Positions 13,556-27,017 of a stretch of DNA of 64,000 nucleotides are shown here, in pieces. The notes beneath the pieces are model-generated. The model made no database searches, had not been told where the DNA came from, and saw only the letters and a program-made list of their open reading frames with translations. Every line of letters starts with the position of its first letter. The stretch's first letter is position 1. The stretch is from contig OZ370866.1 of the NCBI GenBank assembly GCA_977070855.1, positions 39,246,001-39,310,000 on the forward strand, read 5' to 3'. A program made the position numbers and the translations under genes. Source of the stretch: Antalis vulgaris. Its lineage: Eukaryota.

Positions 13556-14829
13556 TGCAATACGTTTACGTCGAAGAAACAACAAACATATTTTATCCAA
13601 TTTACTAATTTCCACTAACTTTTCTAGTTTGAGTTGTCCAATATTTTAGCCCCCCCCCCCTCCCCCACTTCCCGGTACAACCCCTGAGCGTGGGCATATG
13701 TTACACACTGAAAAAATCCAAGGTTTCGTCCTAAATGTTTTCATAATACATCTCATGCAGGCCATTTTTTAATTCTTTAAATATTTCTTCCCATTCTATT
13801 AGGAAAGGGGAATGCGGTTTAGCCGCACGAAGAGACACAGCTCGAACCAATAACACTCGATTCGCGAAAATCCAGGATACACCACTGGGTCGGAGGAGGG
13901 GTAGGGTGGTACGTCATAGTGGTCGAAACATAATATATGTTTAATGTATGTTTACAAAAAAGAAGACAACAAGAAACAAAATACAAACGAAACTGTAGCA
14001 ACTTCTAAACTACTAAGGGAGAATGTAGGACGGTGACCACGCGCACCACACTCCAATAAAATCCACCCGAATGTGATCTGGACCAATACCAATTCGAACA
14101 TTGTCCGACAGGAACGTGCCTCGAGCCATCGATTTTTGTTCCACAGGTAGGGATGATGCAAAATGGTATTCGCTATTCCACCCTTAATTGTTTCAATTTC
14201 TCTGAATTTGATACTTTAATTGTACCGGTATCAAAGAAATTGAAACAAGCAGCACATGTTCACCAATATGTGGAGCATATTGGACTTCAGGGGGAATCGT
14301 ATCGCGCATCTCAAAGCGTAATTGTAAAGAGAAAACATTAAAAAAACACAGGGAAACACTGCACTATCTGCCTTCTGAGGTTAATTCGTCTGGATAACAA
14401 ATCCGCAATATGAAGTTTTTTAACAAAATGTGTTTGGTATAAACAAGGGTATGTCTCAAGAGAATCAGCCAGACACCTTCTAATGAATTACAGCTAACAC
14501 ATACGGAAAGCGACATAAATTTGTGATGACAGACTGTTGTCCCCGATTTAAAATAATTATGTAAAACATTTTGGGCGTTACAAAGATTCAGATATGGTAT
14601 AATGTTGTGGAAACGATCTCCGATGTTCTATGTAGAAGCAAGTTGGAACTTTATCGAATGTATAGCAACCTTTATTAAATTCGGTTCCATATCGAACCAA
14701 CGGGTTCTGTATGAAATCAGTTGGAACAAAATACTTTTGCAGTGTATAATGTAATCTCTGAAAATTAAAATTGATTTCTGTTACTAGATCTATGTTTTCT
14801 TCGTTATTGCGTGATGCTATATAATATGT

Positions 14830-15392
14830 CTCACGCCCCGATCTGGAAGCGCAAATATTGCGGTCGTTCGTGTGACTCGCTATGTCGCCTGCAAAATCAC
14901 CGAAGTCATGACGAGCTTCGAGCTGGAATTGGCACAGTGATTTCTATACCGTATTTGCGCGAATTTTATAGATTGATTTTGTCGCTACAAATTGATTATA
15001 AAGTGGGAAACCCACATATTTTGCTACCTTTTTCGGGCTAAATAATCGTAAAAAGGAGACTCTGCTGACCTCGCAAATAACATTTCGCACGTCTTTTTCA
15101 GTATGTCGTTTGGAATCTCGCCGACTGACGTAAATAACTCTGACATCGTCAAGTGACACACAGATTCAAAGTCAAGTTGTTTCGATCCACAAAATTAATG
15201 TACTTTCGTTCCAGTCATTGTATGACTGCAGTCCAGTTGAGGCTCCAACCTCAGCTCAGCTCGAGGTAGGGGGCCTAGCTGGGCCACAGTCATACAAGGA
15301 CCACTTTGAGTTCAATTTCAGTTACTTCAGCCTTGGATTTTGAAAAAAATGAAGATGGGCGCAAATCAGGATATCTTTGAGTGCAGTTCTAT
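14830..15392 (+). mobile_element. HINE-like family C copy (degenerate)
   Basis: Homology to 54506-55058, including the embedded GACTGTGG palindrome and the GAGTGCAGTTCTA end. Confidence 0.6.
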
Positions 15393-16078
15393 TTCATGAT
15401 GACTAAAGCTTTTCTATAAATTGAGGTTAAGTAAACAGGTGCGGAACATGACCCGTACAATCAACATGTGAGGCAACTTCTACACTCGTAAGGGATATTG
15501 AGGGACACTGTATCAAATGCATAATAGCAGGTGGTATATAGGAATTCAGTTTATGGAACAATGGTCAAAACTTGTACCTCAATAACAGCAATTCTGCTCG
15601 GAGTCGTTTTATATTTCGAGCCAATCGTGAGCTTGGGTATTTTCTACATGCGCGCAAAAAGTCCCGTCTGAGATGAATAGGCTTTCTCTAACAATCACAA
15701 TGATTTTAATCGGAAACCATCTGAAAACCGCCTGTAGTGTTCAATGTTTTTCGATTCTGTATCTCATTCTGTTTAGATCACATCGAAGCCTCGTTTTGGC
15801 TATCAGCGAGACGCGCATGCAACGTCTTTTTCAAAATGTTGATCTTCGATACAAAGTAGTTCCAAGTTCCTATTGTCGTTTGTTGTAATAAAAATGTTTA
15901 TTTCTCAAAGTATATACTCTCTAATCACAGACGTATTGATAGGATTGTTAGACAACTCAATTACCACCACAATGTGCATGTCCTGTGATTCGTATCAGCG
16001 TCGGGTGGTGTTCAGAAAGATGGATCGCAACGATCGGAACACCACCCCGAAGCTTATACAAATCACAGGACAGGCACA

Positions 16079-16637
16079 GTCCCATCCTTTCCCGAAGAAA
16101 TACATATACACAAAACACATTTTGCGGGTAACCGTGCAGGCTGACTAGTCGACTGCCCTTTATTATAATGAAAGTTGACATGGTACAAACAAGATACGCT
16201 TGTTACGTGGCCGTCCAGGAAAAACCATAGATAAAACCCTTTCATTTTTTGTTTATTTTCATTATTTAAGGGAAAACTATGGAAACCTGTCTTTCGAAAC
16301 AAATGCCAGGCGTAATTCAGAGTGTCGGAAGTCCACTAAATAACATGTAATCATGACATCAATGTACATTAGGTCTAATGCGTTTGCCGAACACGGCTAG
16401 AATGACAATCAAACTTGCATTTTCATTCAAACTGACCGATTACCGCCAATACTCCCATTGGCTGACGCCATCACGTGACAGAGAAATCGTCTCCTGTGTC
16501 ATTTCTAAATGGGAAACTCCTGAGACATCATTTTTCTGACTATACTTCGAATCGCAGAAAAATATATGTCCCATCCTTTCCCGAAGAAATACATATACAC
16601 AAAACACATTTTGCGGGTAACCGTGCAGGCTGACTAG
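16079..16637. repeat. Split direct repeats of the YR retrotransposon (two identical 70-bp copies, 419-bp spacer)
   Basis: GTCCCATCCTTTCCCGAAG...GTGCAGGCTGACTAG occurs at 16079-16148 and 16568-16637. Confidence 0.9.
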
Positions 16638-16858
16638 AAAAAAAACAAAGAACGGGGGAAGAGAAGCGAAAATCTATTGATGGAAAAAAACAAAACTAAA
16701 ACAACTCAGATTCATTTTCATCAAACCAAATTGTCGGGGTAATAAATTGCTAGTAGGAATTCCTGCCAAAATGTCCCGGTTATCAAAAAACAACGTCTGT
16801 CGTGCGATAAAACGCAGGAACAACACGTAATTGAAAAATTATAAAATTGAAAAATGAG

Positions 16859-17902
16859 TTACAATCCCAACATTTGGGTCACCTCTAACCTGTGTTGCAA
16901 GGAATCGGAAACATATCCATCCTTGGCAGACTCGCTTCTCCACCGCCCATGACGTTTCCAGCAGCGTTCATTTACATTTTGATTTGCCGAAACCGTCGCC
17001 CCTCCGGCCCGAAAGGAATGTAAACCCAAATTTATGTCGCCGCAAACTTCGTGCAGCCTGTCAACTAAACAAACCCGAGCTCGACTATAACTGAGTGGCT
17101 TGTTTTTATAAATCAAAGAACATTTAGCCCTTGAACGAAATAGTGGCCTAAAAACAAACATGTCTGAACCAACCTCCAAATGTGCCAAAGCAAAATATTT
17201 TTCAAAAATGGAGTAAGGACAAGCACTGGTCTGTCCCTTAGAAATGACAACAGAATTACCTAAACGGTATTGATCAGTTTTACTTTTCGCAATATTTATA
17301 TCCAAATGAGAGCCGCAAAATCGAACATCTTTGCATTTTAAAGCACTGAGCTCGTTATAACGGAAAAAACCCGCAAAACTAATCACAATCATTGCCAAAT
17401 CTCTAACTATCCCGATGTCAAGAGAATGTTTGTACTTATCGCAAAGCATTATTATATGCTCACTCGTAACGGGGTCTTTTTTACATTTAGGTTTCACATT
17501 GTTACGTTTGGCAGATTCTAACAAATTACGAACAAAACCATTGTCGGTCGGGTCACTATGTCCACTAATGTCATGAGCCCACTTGATGCCATACATAGCG
17601 TTTTGGATAACACTAGAAGAACTGTTCTGATCTAACAATTGAGTAATGTACATTGCAACGTTGATTGGCTGCGTTGGTAAAGCGACACCTCCATTGGAAT
17701 GAATAAAGTGTTCATATTTACGAAATGCACTAAAGTACTTAACTACAGTGTTGTCACTACGACTTCTAAGCAAATGCTGTGCCATATGTCCCGATAACGT
17801 TGAAAATTTAGATGCTGCCCCACTTTCTTGAAACACTACATTCTGGATTCTCCCAGTTAAATTTAAACCTGCAGAAACAAAACAACGGAAAACACGTATC
17901 AA
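16859..17902 (-). CDS. Tyrosine recombinase of the DIRS/PAT element (true start uncertain)
   Basis: Catalytic R (FFRYNEL), K (KSKTD), HxxR (HSFRAGG), HGRW and Y (DGYV) are all present. The ORF is intact. Confidence 0.92.
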   Translation of the reverse strand: MIRVFRCFVSAGLNLTGRIQNVVFQESGAASKFSTLSGHMAQHLLRSRSDNTVVKYFSAFRKYEHFIHSNGGVALPTQPINVAMYITQLLDQNSSSSVIQNAMYGIKWAHDISGHSDPTDNGFVRNLLESAKRNNVKPKCKKDPVTSEHIIMLCDKYKHSLDIGIVRDLAMIVISFAGFFRYNELSALKCKDVRFCGSHLDINIAKSKTDQYRLGNSVVISKGQTSACPYSIFEKYFALAHLEVGSDMFVFRPLFRSRAKCSLIYKNKPLSYSRARVCLVDRLHEVCGDINLGLHSFRAGGATVSANQNVNERCWKRHGRWRSESAKDGYVSDSLQHRLEVTQMLGL

Positions 17903-19914
17903 AATCTGATTTTTAAGGCAATCATATTAAAATTTGAACTTTTATCCCCAAAAATTCCGTTTTTGCCTTTTCCCTTTGTTATCACTGAAGCATTTAACAC
18001 ATTGGAGCCCGTCACAAACGGTGCAAAATTATCTACCTGTGAACAAAGCATTGGCCAGTATGGCGCCGATTTCCAATATGGTATCAACATTGTGCCACAA
18101 GCCTGTTCTGTTCGTATTTTTTGAACACACTGTCCAATCAAAGAAGGAGGGGGAACAATCCAGTTGAGCTCCCCTGCCCATTTTTGATCGAAAGCGTTTA
18201 TTCCGTGTGTGCCAGGGCACCAAACGCGTGAGTTAAAAATGAAACATTTCGTGTTATAATCAGATGCGAATCTGTCAATCGTGTGGCGACCCCACTCCAG
18301 ATCAAGAGATGCAAACACCTCATCACAAATAGACCAATCGTCACAATCTGAGCATTTACTGAGTTTGTCAGCTTTGGTATTCAGTTCCCTCGAGACCCAC
18401 ACAGGGTTAATGTGAATACGGAAATGCCTGCAATAATCGTCAATTTGTATTGCTATTTTTTGCAAAATTGGCTTCCTACTGCCATGTTTCAAAATGAGAA
18501 CCACATTTTGGTTATCGGTATACCACTGAACCGTTTTGTTGTGCAAAGAACTACCCACCGACCGACGAACGCGGTGAACACCCTCCAATTCCCGCCACGT
18601 GGAACTTTGCATCATTTCGTTAACCGTCCACGATCCCTGGACAACATCGTCCGTGTTTTCTACGAGGTAACCACCGTACCCCACGCCAGAAGCGTCGCTA
18701 TAGGCCGTACAGTCAGCCTGGACAACCTTTGAAATATCGCGTCCATTGAGGGAGAGCGCGTTGTCTTTCCAAAACAAAAACTCACTGAGCACATCACTTG
18801 TTATATGTATCGGGCCATCCCAACTTGCCCTCGACTGCAAACAATCGTACATACTCCTCGTTCTGAGTCGCACAACAGGACCCATTGTCACTTGCAGTGA
18901 TATTATCTGACCGATAATCGAGGCCACACGTCTGGCCTTAATATAAGTACTACCTCTACTTACTTCTTCTGTCACGTTCACCAACACAGTATAAAGTTCT
19001 TCAAGGCGACCGGGCGTTGCTTTGACACTCCCGTCATCGGTGTCCCATATCAGACCCAACCACGTGATTTTGTTCACGGGATCCCAAACACATTTTTTCT
19101 CGGCTAGCAAAAAACCACAACGTTCTAAATCAGACTTGACAATTTTGCTGGCTTCCGAAGCCTTTTCCAGAGACCCACCCCCGCCAAGTTCATCGTCCAA
19201 ATACATAAGAACAGAAAGACCCCGAGTTCTCCAACTTTTGATCAAACACCTGAGGATTTTCGTGAAAATGTACCCAGCGGTGGAAATTCCAAATGGTAGG
19301 ACATTGAATACGTAATATCGCCTGCGACCATTGCGCATGCAAGAAAACCCCAGAAATTTTTTGTGATCAGCAAAAATTTCTATGTGATGATATGCAGTTG
19401 TTATGTCATAATCAAACAGGTAGTCTCCTTTCTGAAACAAATAACATGCATCTTTAAAATCTTCATATTTCACTTTAAATTTAAAAAGATGGGGGTTAAC
19501 ATGTCTGCAGTCCAAAACTAATCTTTTCTTACCCTTATCATTTACCGATACGGTCAATGGATTAACAACCAATGGCACGGACTGAACCTCTGACACGTAC
19601 TGTAAACTTAACAGTCGTTCCACTTCGGCAAGCACGAAATCCGCGTTATCACGAGCCGACCTATTATTCTTCAAAACTACTGTCTCAGGCAGAGAATAAA
19701 AAGGCAATTTATAACCGTTACTGACAATATCTAAAACTTGTTGAGGAGCCCCGATATCTGCCCATGAGTCAACGGAAACTTTAAGACGCCCCCGAGGGGA
19801 TTCTATCGCCTCGTGCGACATGGAATCGAATGCGTCTTTTCCAGAAAAGCTTAAAATATTTGAATCAGGCGTCAAATCGGCATTCATTTTTAAATTGTGT
19901 TCGAAATTACTCAA
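17899..19914 (-). CDS. DIRS/PAT Pol: reverse transcriptase + RNase H + Dam-like methyltransferase domain
   Basis: KKRLVLD, YDITTAYHH, LPFG, YLDD; RNase H YSDASG/RELEG/YTDNQ/ADKLS; MT-like IDRFAS..NWIVPP. Confidence 0.92.
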   Translation of the reverse strand: MSNFEHNLKMNADLTPDSNILSFSGKDAFDSMSHEAIESPRGRLKVSVDSWADIGAPQQVLDIVSNGYKLPFYSLPETVVLKNNRSARDNADFVLAEVERLLSLQYVSEVQSVPLVVNPLTVSVNDKGKKRLVLDCRHVNPHLFKFKVKYEDFKDACYLFQKGDYLFDYDITTAYHHIEIFADHKKFLGFSCMRNGRRRYYVFNVLPFGISTAGYIFTKILRCLIKSWRTRGLSVLMYLDDELGGGGSLEKASEASKIVKSDLERCGFLLAEKKCVWDPVNKITWLGLIWDTDDGSVKATPGRLEELYTVLVNVTEEVSRGSTYIKARRVASIIGQIISLQVTMGPVVRLRTRSMYDCLQSRASWDGPIHITSDVLSEFLFWKDNALSLNGRDISKVVQADCTAYSDASGVGYGGYLVENTDDVVQGSWTVNEMMQSSTWRELEGVHRVRRSVGSSLHNKTVQWYTDNQNVVLILKHGSRKPILQKIAIQIDDYCRHFRIHINPVWVSRELNTKADKLSKCSDCDDWSICDEVFASLDLEWGRHTIDRFASDYNTKCFIFNSRVWCPGTHGINAFDQKWAGELNWIVPPPSLIGQCVQKIRTEQACGTMLIPYWKSAPYWPMLCSQVDNFAPFVTGSNVLNASVITKGKGKNGIFGDKSSNFNMIALKIRF

Positions 19915-20075
19915 ATTTTCAGAGCTTTCGCCATTTACTGTCTGCGAAGCCGTTTTCGACAGTGAAAATTCGGTGTTATCAATATGAACACCATAAAAAA
20001 TTGTACTTATCTTATTATCTTGTCTCTGAGCGACTCCCTGAGTACGATGATCCCGGCGCCAATGGCCTGTAATTC

Positions 20076-20175
20076 NNNNNNNNNNNNNNNNNNNNNNNNN
20101 NNNNNNNNNNNNNNNNNNNNNNNNNNNNNNNNNNNNNNNNNNNNNNNNNNNNNNNNNNNNNNNNNNNNNNNNNNN
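20076..20175. other. Assembly gap (100 N)
   Basis: Run of exactly 100 N. Confidence 1.
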
Positions 20176-20556
20176 GGTTTAGTAATACAGGTAGCATGGT
20201 TGCTCCATGGTAAGGTGTGCATTTGAGATCTCGTGGTCGAGGGTTCGATTCCTACCGGCGGCGACATCGTGTTGGGTCCTTGGGCAAAGCAGTCAATCCC
20301 CATTGCCCACGTGGGGGCACGATGACGTTGTGTGCTGAGATGTACTGCATGCCGAGGTGCGTGCACATGTCCTCAACCACTCTAACCCTGGTCTTGCTGT
20401 GCACCGCATTTGGGTATGGAGTTGAGGAGCTGATAGGTGCTCGTCCACTGCTCGGTGGTTCTCTCAGGGTACTCCGGCTTCCTCCACCCGTAAGCCTGTT
20501 GCCAACACGATATGACCCTTGCTTTTAAAGTGTTGTTAAACACCAATAAATAAATA
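20176..20556 (+). mobile_element. tRNA-derived SINE
   Basis: B-box GGTTCGATTCC, body GTCCTTGGGCAAAGCA...GGGTACTCCGGCTTCCTCCA, tail TTAAACACCAATAAATAAAT. Confidence 0.8.
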
Positions 20557-22329
20557 TTTTTAAATGTCGATAGGGCAAAATTCTTTCGTTGGTTTTATTA
20601 AAGCCTTTTTGAAATTTGGAAAAAAGTGTTTTAAATTATCACACATTAGTATTTTCTTACTTTTAAAGCAGAAGCAGTTGTTGAACAAGACCAGGATGGG
20701 GAGACCATAATGTGCGACCCATCCTCTTGGATTTGGCATCTAGGTCACGGTCCAAAGAGTTTCTTGGGTGGGCTCTCTCCCCCCCCCCCGCCCTGTGCAT
20801 TTCATGTGAGGACACCTTCAGTAGAGTATCAATCAAATCACTGCATTGTCATCCCAAAGGTCACCAGCTATCTTCATTTTGAAAGTTTCTTTTGAAAATT
20901 CTTCTAGGGAAAAATTCCTAGCCCCCACCCCAGGGAAAGTTTTTCGAGTCCCCTTTCAATTTACTTTCCCTGTCTTTATCACCTTTATGAGTTTTGTCCA
21001 ATTAATTATGTGAACTAAGGGATCATATCTGCCCTTAAATGGGAGGTGGGGGAGGGGGGTATTTGTCCGTGTTGGCGAGATCGCTCCCTCTGTATTGGCC
21101 ACCCCTTCCTGGAGACTGATCCTGATTGCAGGCCTGCATAAGATATGTTGCAAAATCTGAAAGCGAAAAGTTCAAATCCAGTGTACCACGTTATCAACCC
21201 CCCCCCCCCCCTCCCTCCGAATATCTTCCTCCACGGAGGAAGATACCCTAGTATATCCCCCCCCCCCCCCCCCCGTGAATATCTTCCACCTGACCCCACC
21301 TATTTTTACTATTTTTACCCACAGAATATCAATAATTGATATGTTTGTTGAGCTTTCTGGTAGAATGCAAGTCCAAATATGTGTTTTAACAGGTTTCTTT
21401 TTAAACTTGTACAGAACATTCTTTCTTAGGACTCAGTAATTACAATAGTAGCAGGGTGTTCTAAAAAATTAACGAAATGTTTCCATTGCTCCATTAGTTT
21501 TATTTATCCGGAAATGAACTGAAAGGAATGGCATAAAGTTTGTGTCAAGATAAGGTACAATGCCATGTCAATAATATCGGAAAGGTCGCACAGAGGTATA
21601 GCACTGGTGGGGGGGGGGGGGGGTAAGATATCCAGGCCTGGATATCTCCCTCCCCCTACCCAACCCACCAGACTTTTACCAACAAAACATTTTACTGCTT
21701 GACTTGTATTAGTTTGTACGTCGGCCTCCTCGACCCATAAACCTGCTATTGACACGATATAACCTAGGCTGTTCAAGTGTCGTTAAACACCAATAAATAG
21801 ATAAATAAATGAATTATTTCAACATAAAGTGAAAAGTGAGTGCCCTCCCTTCAAAAGTTCTTGTTTCAGCCACCTTAAAACTCTTACAAAGGAAACCATG
21901 TTAAAACACATCATAATATTGGTACGCTAAGCATGCTTATAATTTAATCACAGTTCCCAGCTGAACATAGTTGGGGGGGGGGGGGGTATCCAGGGTGGGA
22001 TGTACTGAAATACCCCCCCCCCCCCCTCGGAGGGGAAGATATCCAGGGAGAATATATAATGTTACAACTTACACCGGAAACATTTGTCAGAATTAAGTAG
22101 TAGAAGACGTTTAAATATTGAACGACACAAAAAATGTTTAGGAGATTTGTTGATTTTTTGGCCAAGTGGCCACGCAAACGTGCTTTCCACGAAATTACCA
22201 GAAGCCAAGTTCAGTTTATCTTCTAACGTGCCTCTCTTATATTATGTGGTTCCAGTTGATACTTTCTTAAACATACATGTTAACTGTACATACTTTTGTG
22301 TGGCTGGTAAAACTAAGAATGTATTTTAA

Positions 22330-22580
22330 TATTTATTTATTCATTTATTGGCATTTAAGGTCATATATTTCTGCACAACAATGGCTAATCATGACCGCAA
22401 CACAGATATAAACTCAAGTTAAGCCAATAATTTATACCCATGTTGCCCCTTTTAGAGGACTTCTACCCCCACTGGGTCATATTTTACCAGCGTAGCACTG
22501 CTTGTTTACCACAGTGAACAAGCACTGCTTCACTTCCCGGGTTCCCCACGGGGAGTATTGCAAAATGCTCAGGAACTTGC
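22330..22580 (-). mobile_element. Retroposed 3' fragment (second copy on + at 29330-29584) ending in the same TTAAACACCAATAAAT-type tail as the SINEs
   Basis: Reverse complement aligns by eye with 29335-29584. Confidence 0.65.
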
Positions 22581-23276
22581 TTACAAGTTGTAAAGTACAA
22601 ATAGTATGGGCGTTGATGGCAGTGCGGCGGGGGTGGTGGACCATCCATAAATCAGAGAATCTATGGGATGTTGTAACTATCTTTGACTCTCCGGAATTGA
22701 TTTAGACTTGAAACATTAGTTCAATGAGCATGGGAACCATCAAATCTCACGCCATGTGAAACCATGAGGTTGCTCATTTTTGATTTTCTGACACCCTTAC
22801 CCCAACTCTCATCGATTGTCTCTCAGTCGCTTATGCCACCTCGGAGACACATAAGAATGACATTTTTTGGAATCGGCATACTTTTTTCTACAAAACCCAA
22901 CCCTCAAATCTTTTGGCCAGCTTCGGTTGAATAAAAGTGTCATAGCTCTCGCTCTAGAAACGATATTGGACGAGGCGCAGCAGTAGAATCATCGTGAATT
23001 TCATGTACCTTTCATGACGACGTGGAGTTGTGACGTCATGCCTCTTGTTCATTGCAGAGGCTGTCGAGCACTTTAAGCACATGATACACCTATTACACGT
23101 GTTGAATACAACGCGTTGAATTCAACAAGTTGCGTGCAATTCGACATGATGCACTTGTATAACATCTCCCAACATGCATTAAACAAAATGACAACAAAAG
23201 ACGGCATCTGACGAAACTTCCACGTGCCTTTATTATTGCATCATCCAAAATGGACGAATAAAGCAACAGAAAATTT

Positions 23277-23854
23277 TAGTGCTGAAACGATTGTTCGACT
23301 AGTCGACCTCGACTCGATTACCAAAAAAGTCGATGTTGAAATGTGCTAGCCGACTAGTCGGCACACCCTCACTGAGTTCATTATTAAGTATCCAAGAGGG
23401 AAATCTACTACTGTTCCGACCCTTGTTGAAGGTGTAAATCACAGATTGCAGGGGTCTGTGGGTTTCCCCTGTCTTTAAAATTAGAGAGATCACGTAACAT
23501 TTTAACTTTTCAGCATCATTTTCTTCACTCACTGTATGAATGTGGTATAGAGCTGACACCCTCCCCTCACCAGCTCCCACAGTGTGGGAGCTGGTGAGGA
23601 GAGGGCGTCAGCTCTATAGCGCAGTCATATAGTGACCACAGTTTCTTGAGACGCCGTGCTCACGTCCACACTGTGACCGTTGTGGCCTTGTGGGAACATT
23701 TTTTTTCAAACTCCATTCTGTGTGTATGTTTATCAGAATTGGAAACGTTCACATTTGTACGTGTAAACGTGGAAGTCTTACGACTAGTCAACCTTAAGTC
23801 GATTACTACCGACGGCTATTCGACTTTCAAAAATTGCTAATCGTTTCAACACTA
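23277..23854. mobile_element. hAT-like non-autonomous element (family E)
   Basis: TIR TAGTG(C/T)TGAAACGATT, 8-bp TSD GAAAATTT/TAAAATTT, and subterminal GTCGA/CGACT repeats. Inverted copy of 30895-31486. Confidence 0.8.
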
Positions 23855-24881
23855 TAAAATTTTCGTAATCCGAACTGTGATGTGGTACGCTCGGGACCGT
23901 GGGGGAGATTGAAGGTCAAAGACTTTCAGTTTGACATTGAGCTTGGCTTGAATTTCAATTGCAAAAAATTACCTGGAATTTGGAACACGAGCATTATGAC
24001 TCGAAGGCTCTTGAAAATCTTGAGCGCCTATATGTTTAAAATGGTCGTTCTTTTCGATCGATCCTTCCAAGTTGTCATCTTTTCCTTTGGTCACTTACAG
24101 ACGGATCTTTAGTTCGTAGAGCTCAAGGAAAAAACACGCATTCGCTATTTCAGTATTTGCCCACTCCCTGTTTATATTTTCTGCCATTTTGAAAACGTAC
24201 GGCACGTGAACAAAAATCACATGATAACCCATATGACTTGTTTTTCATTGGTAGTTTGATACAATATTTGATGAATGATGGATAAATGTTGGATGTTGTC
24301 CTATTTTCTTCAAGCATTCATTCAACTATGTTTAAGACATGACACACTACTCTCAGGTGCCAAATACACGTGACGTCATGTTTATTATTTTTTGCTGCAA
24401 CATACACAAGACCACATTTATCGTGCACCATCACTATTATTAACTTTCGACTGTTACTCAAAAATATACCGGAAAAATCGAAGAAAGATATACTTTTAGC
24501 ACAATTTATTAAACATATTTTCTCTAACTTGGTATTGGGGAAAAATATAAAATTTCACATTTAAACTTTTTACCCAAAATTCTGAAAATTAAAATATTCA
24601 TTGAAAGCATACAAACATGGATGTCATTAGAACCGGCTCACTGAGCCGGTTCTAATGACATCCATATATGTATGGTTTCCTTGAGGTAAAAAAGATGTAT
24701 TGGGCCTCGGGAGGATTATTTGAGGTTATCCCCAGCCATTTGTTGTCACTCTGTCGGGTGAATGGTTAGAAGGAACAAAAATAAAAGCAACCATCACGTC
24801 TATTGTGTAGCATCATGTTTATTAATTTTGATTAACTTTACATGAAATCACTTTTATTCAGGCCATCACTTTTATCTAGCA

Positions 24882-25346
24882 CTAGATGGGTACCCGCTCC
24901 AGCGCGGGATTATATTGAAGGTGGACACTGCGCATGCGCGAAGCAGGGCCCCACCTCCACTCCAATAGTGGGAAATCACTGCCCAATAAACTGTTAATAC
25001 AAATCCCAGGTTTGGTCCCGATTGACCCAGTAGTTTCTGAGATATCCACTGCGCATGCGCGAAGCCGGAACCCCACCCCCAACCTAAAGGTGGAAAATGA
25101 CTGCCCAGTAGACTGTTAATACAAATCCCAGGTTTGGGTCCGATCGACCGAGTAGTTTCCGAGATCGCCACTGCGCATGCGCGAGGGTGGGCCCCCACCC
25201 CCACCCCGTATAGTTTAAAACCTTCCCTGGGCCACAACGATCATTTTGATACCCCATGTTTGGGGATGCGTGCAATAGCAAAAATTTGTATACGGAACAA
25301 ACAAACAAACCAACAAACCGACAAACTTACGCTCTTATAATATAGA
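24882..25346 (-). mobile_element. Non-autonomous Helitron
   Basis: On the minus strand: A|TC start, (TTTG)n near the 5' end, ~122-bp tandem units with TGCGCATGCGC, 3' hairpin CCCGC-GCTGGA-GCGGG and CTAG|T end. Confidence 0.8.
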
Positions 25347-26243
25347 TTCGAGAGTATGAGTGTTCATCTAACTTGTTGAATTTAACGCGTTGAATTCATC
25401 AAGTTAGATAAGCGTGACATTGGGGCTGCACGATATTAAAACTCAAATACCGGTGACGATATTAGAAATGATATCGCGATATACCGGTATATCGTCTAGA
25501 TTTATTCCTGTTGAATAATGTAATCAGACATCGCATAGAACAGAAGGCTTCCACGGAAAAAATCCGTGAAAATGTTGCAATAGCCCTTTGCCGAACGATG
25601 CCTGTAAAATGGGCAGCGATATACACAAAAATAATTATGTCATCTTTTTTTTAAATTTTCATATTTGCTTCCAAAACATAGGTTGTGGCAACTCATTCGA
25701 ACGAGCGCGTCACGCTCATTCAAATGAGGGGTCACAACCTATGTTTTGGAACAAAAAAATGAATACTTGTAACTATATGAAAAATATTATACGCGCCTTT
25801 GTGATACTAGCTGCTGTGTTACGTAAAATTTTGAGGAAAAATACGAACTTCTTTTTTTTAGGAAAAGACGAACTGCTCAGTTAGCACTATGAAAGGGAAT
25901 ATAGTCACGGACGATATACCTGTATAAGAATGTGTAGGACGATATTTGACCGGTAATCATTTCAATACCGGTATTGTCGATCTATCGAATATCACGCATC
26001 CCTAATTCTATACATAATTTGTGAATCGAGCCAACTAAATTTAATTCCGCAAAACCGCCATGGATACGAGGATTCATAATTTTACGGAATCAGCAAACAA
26101 TAGCGGAACACTGTTTCGTAAATTTACGGAATATTTACTAGTACGTGCAGAGCCAACGAAGAACCATTTACACTTTTGGATTGGTTGTACCCGTATTGCC
26201 ATTTTTATTCGTTTACTGGCATTTTGTTCAATGGAAGTTTCAT

Positions 26244-26808
26244 TACTTGCGCCCCGGTCGGGAGCGGAAGTACTGCGGTCAGTCGTGTGTGTCGCTTTGT
26301 CACCTCAAAATATCCGAGGTCATGTTAAGCCTGGAGCTGGAATTTGCACTGTTATTTCTTTCCCGTATTTGCTCGAATTTGATAGATTTATTTTTTAAAA
26401 TTCATAAAATTTGATTATGAAGTGAAAACACATCTATTTTGCTGCCTTTTCGAGGCTAAGAAATCGTAAAAAGGAGACGCCGCTAACGTCGCAAATGACA
26501 CTTAGCGCGTCTTTTTTCAGGATGTCGTTTGAAATATCGTTGACTGACGTCAATAAGGTTGACGTCGAGAGTAACGCACAGATTCTAAGCCGACTTGCTG
26601 TTTCGATCCATAAGTGTACTTTTGCGCTAGTCACTGTATGACTGTGGCCCAGCTGGGCCCCTACCCCAGCTCACCATGAGCTGGGGTAGGGGCCCCAACT
26701 GGGTCACAATCAAACAATGATCGTTTTGAGTTCAGTTTCTTTAGCTCTTGAATTTTGAAAAGCTGAAGCTAGGCGGAAGTTAGCACCTCTTTGAGTGCAG
26801 TTCCAGGT
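26244..26808 (+). mobile_element. HINE-like family C copy
   Basis: TACTTGCGCCCC start, GGCGGAAGT..GCACCTCTTTGAGTGC end. Confidence 0.7.
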
Positions 26809-27017
26809 AATGCAATAATTATTCCTAGTTTTCACTTTTCTATGCCCCCTGTGATGCCGAGCCCGGGGGAACTACATCCCTTCGCCCGGCATCACATTAC
26901 TTCTGATGCCATACATTGCCAAGTACCTATGTGTGACTCTCTGATGCCTAGAAAGACATTCACCCAATTAAAATAGCATATTTTTTAAATTTCATAGATT
27001 ATGGACAAATCAGCGAC

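Larger units (their letters stand above)
16079..20075 (-). mobile_element. PAT/DIRS-type tyrosine-recombinase retrotransposon, 5' end lost in the assembly gap
   Basis: An RT-RNaseH-methyltransferase ORF is followed by a YR ORF. Identical 70-bp direct repeats at 16079-16148 and 16568-16637 lie downstream of YR. Confidence 0.9.

Noticed and set aside
17899..18350. Dam-like methyltransferase plus integrase as a bacterial or phage insertion
   Set aside because: Both are standard parts of DIRS/PAT retrotransposons, and the methyltransferase is fused to RT-RNase H.
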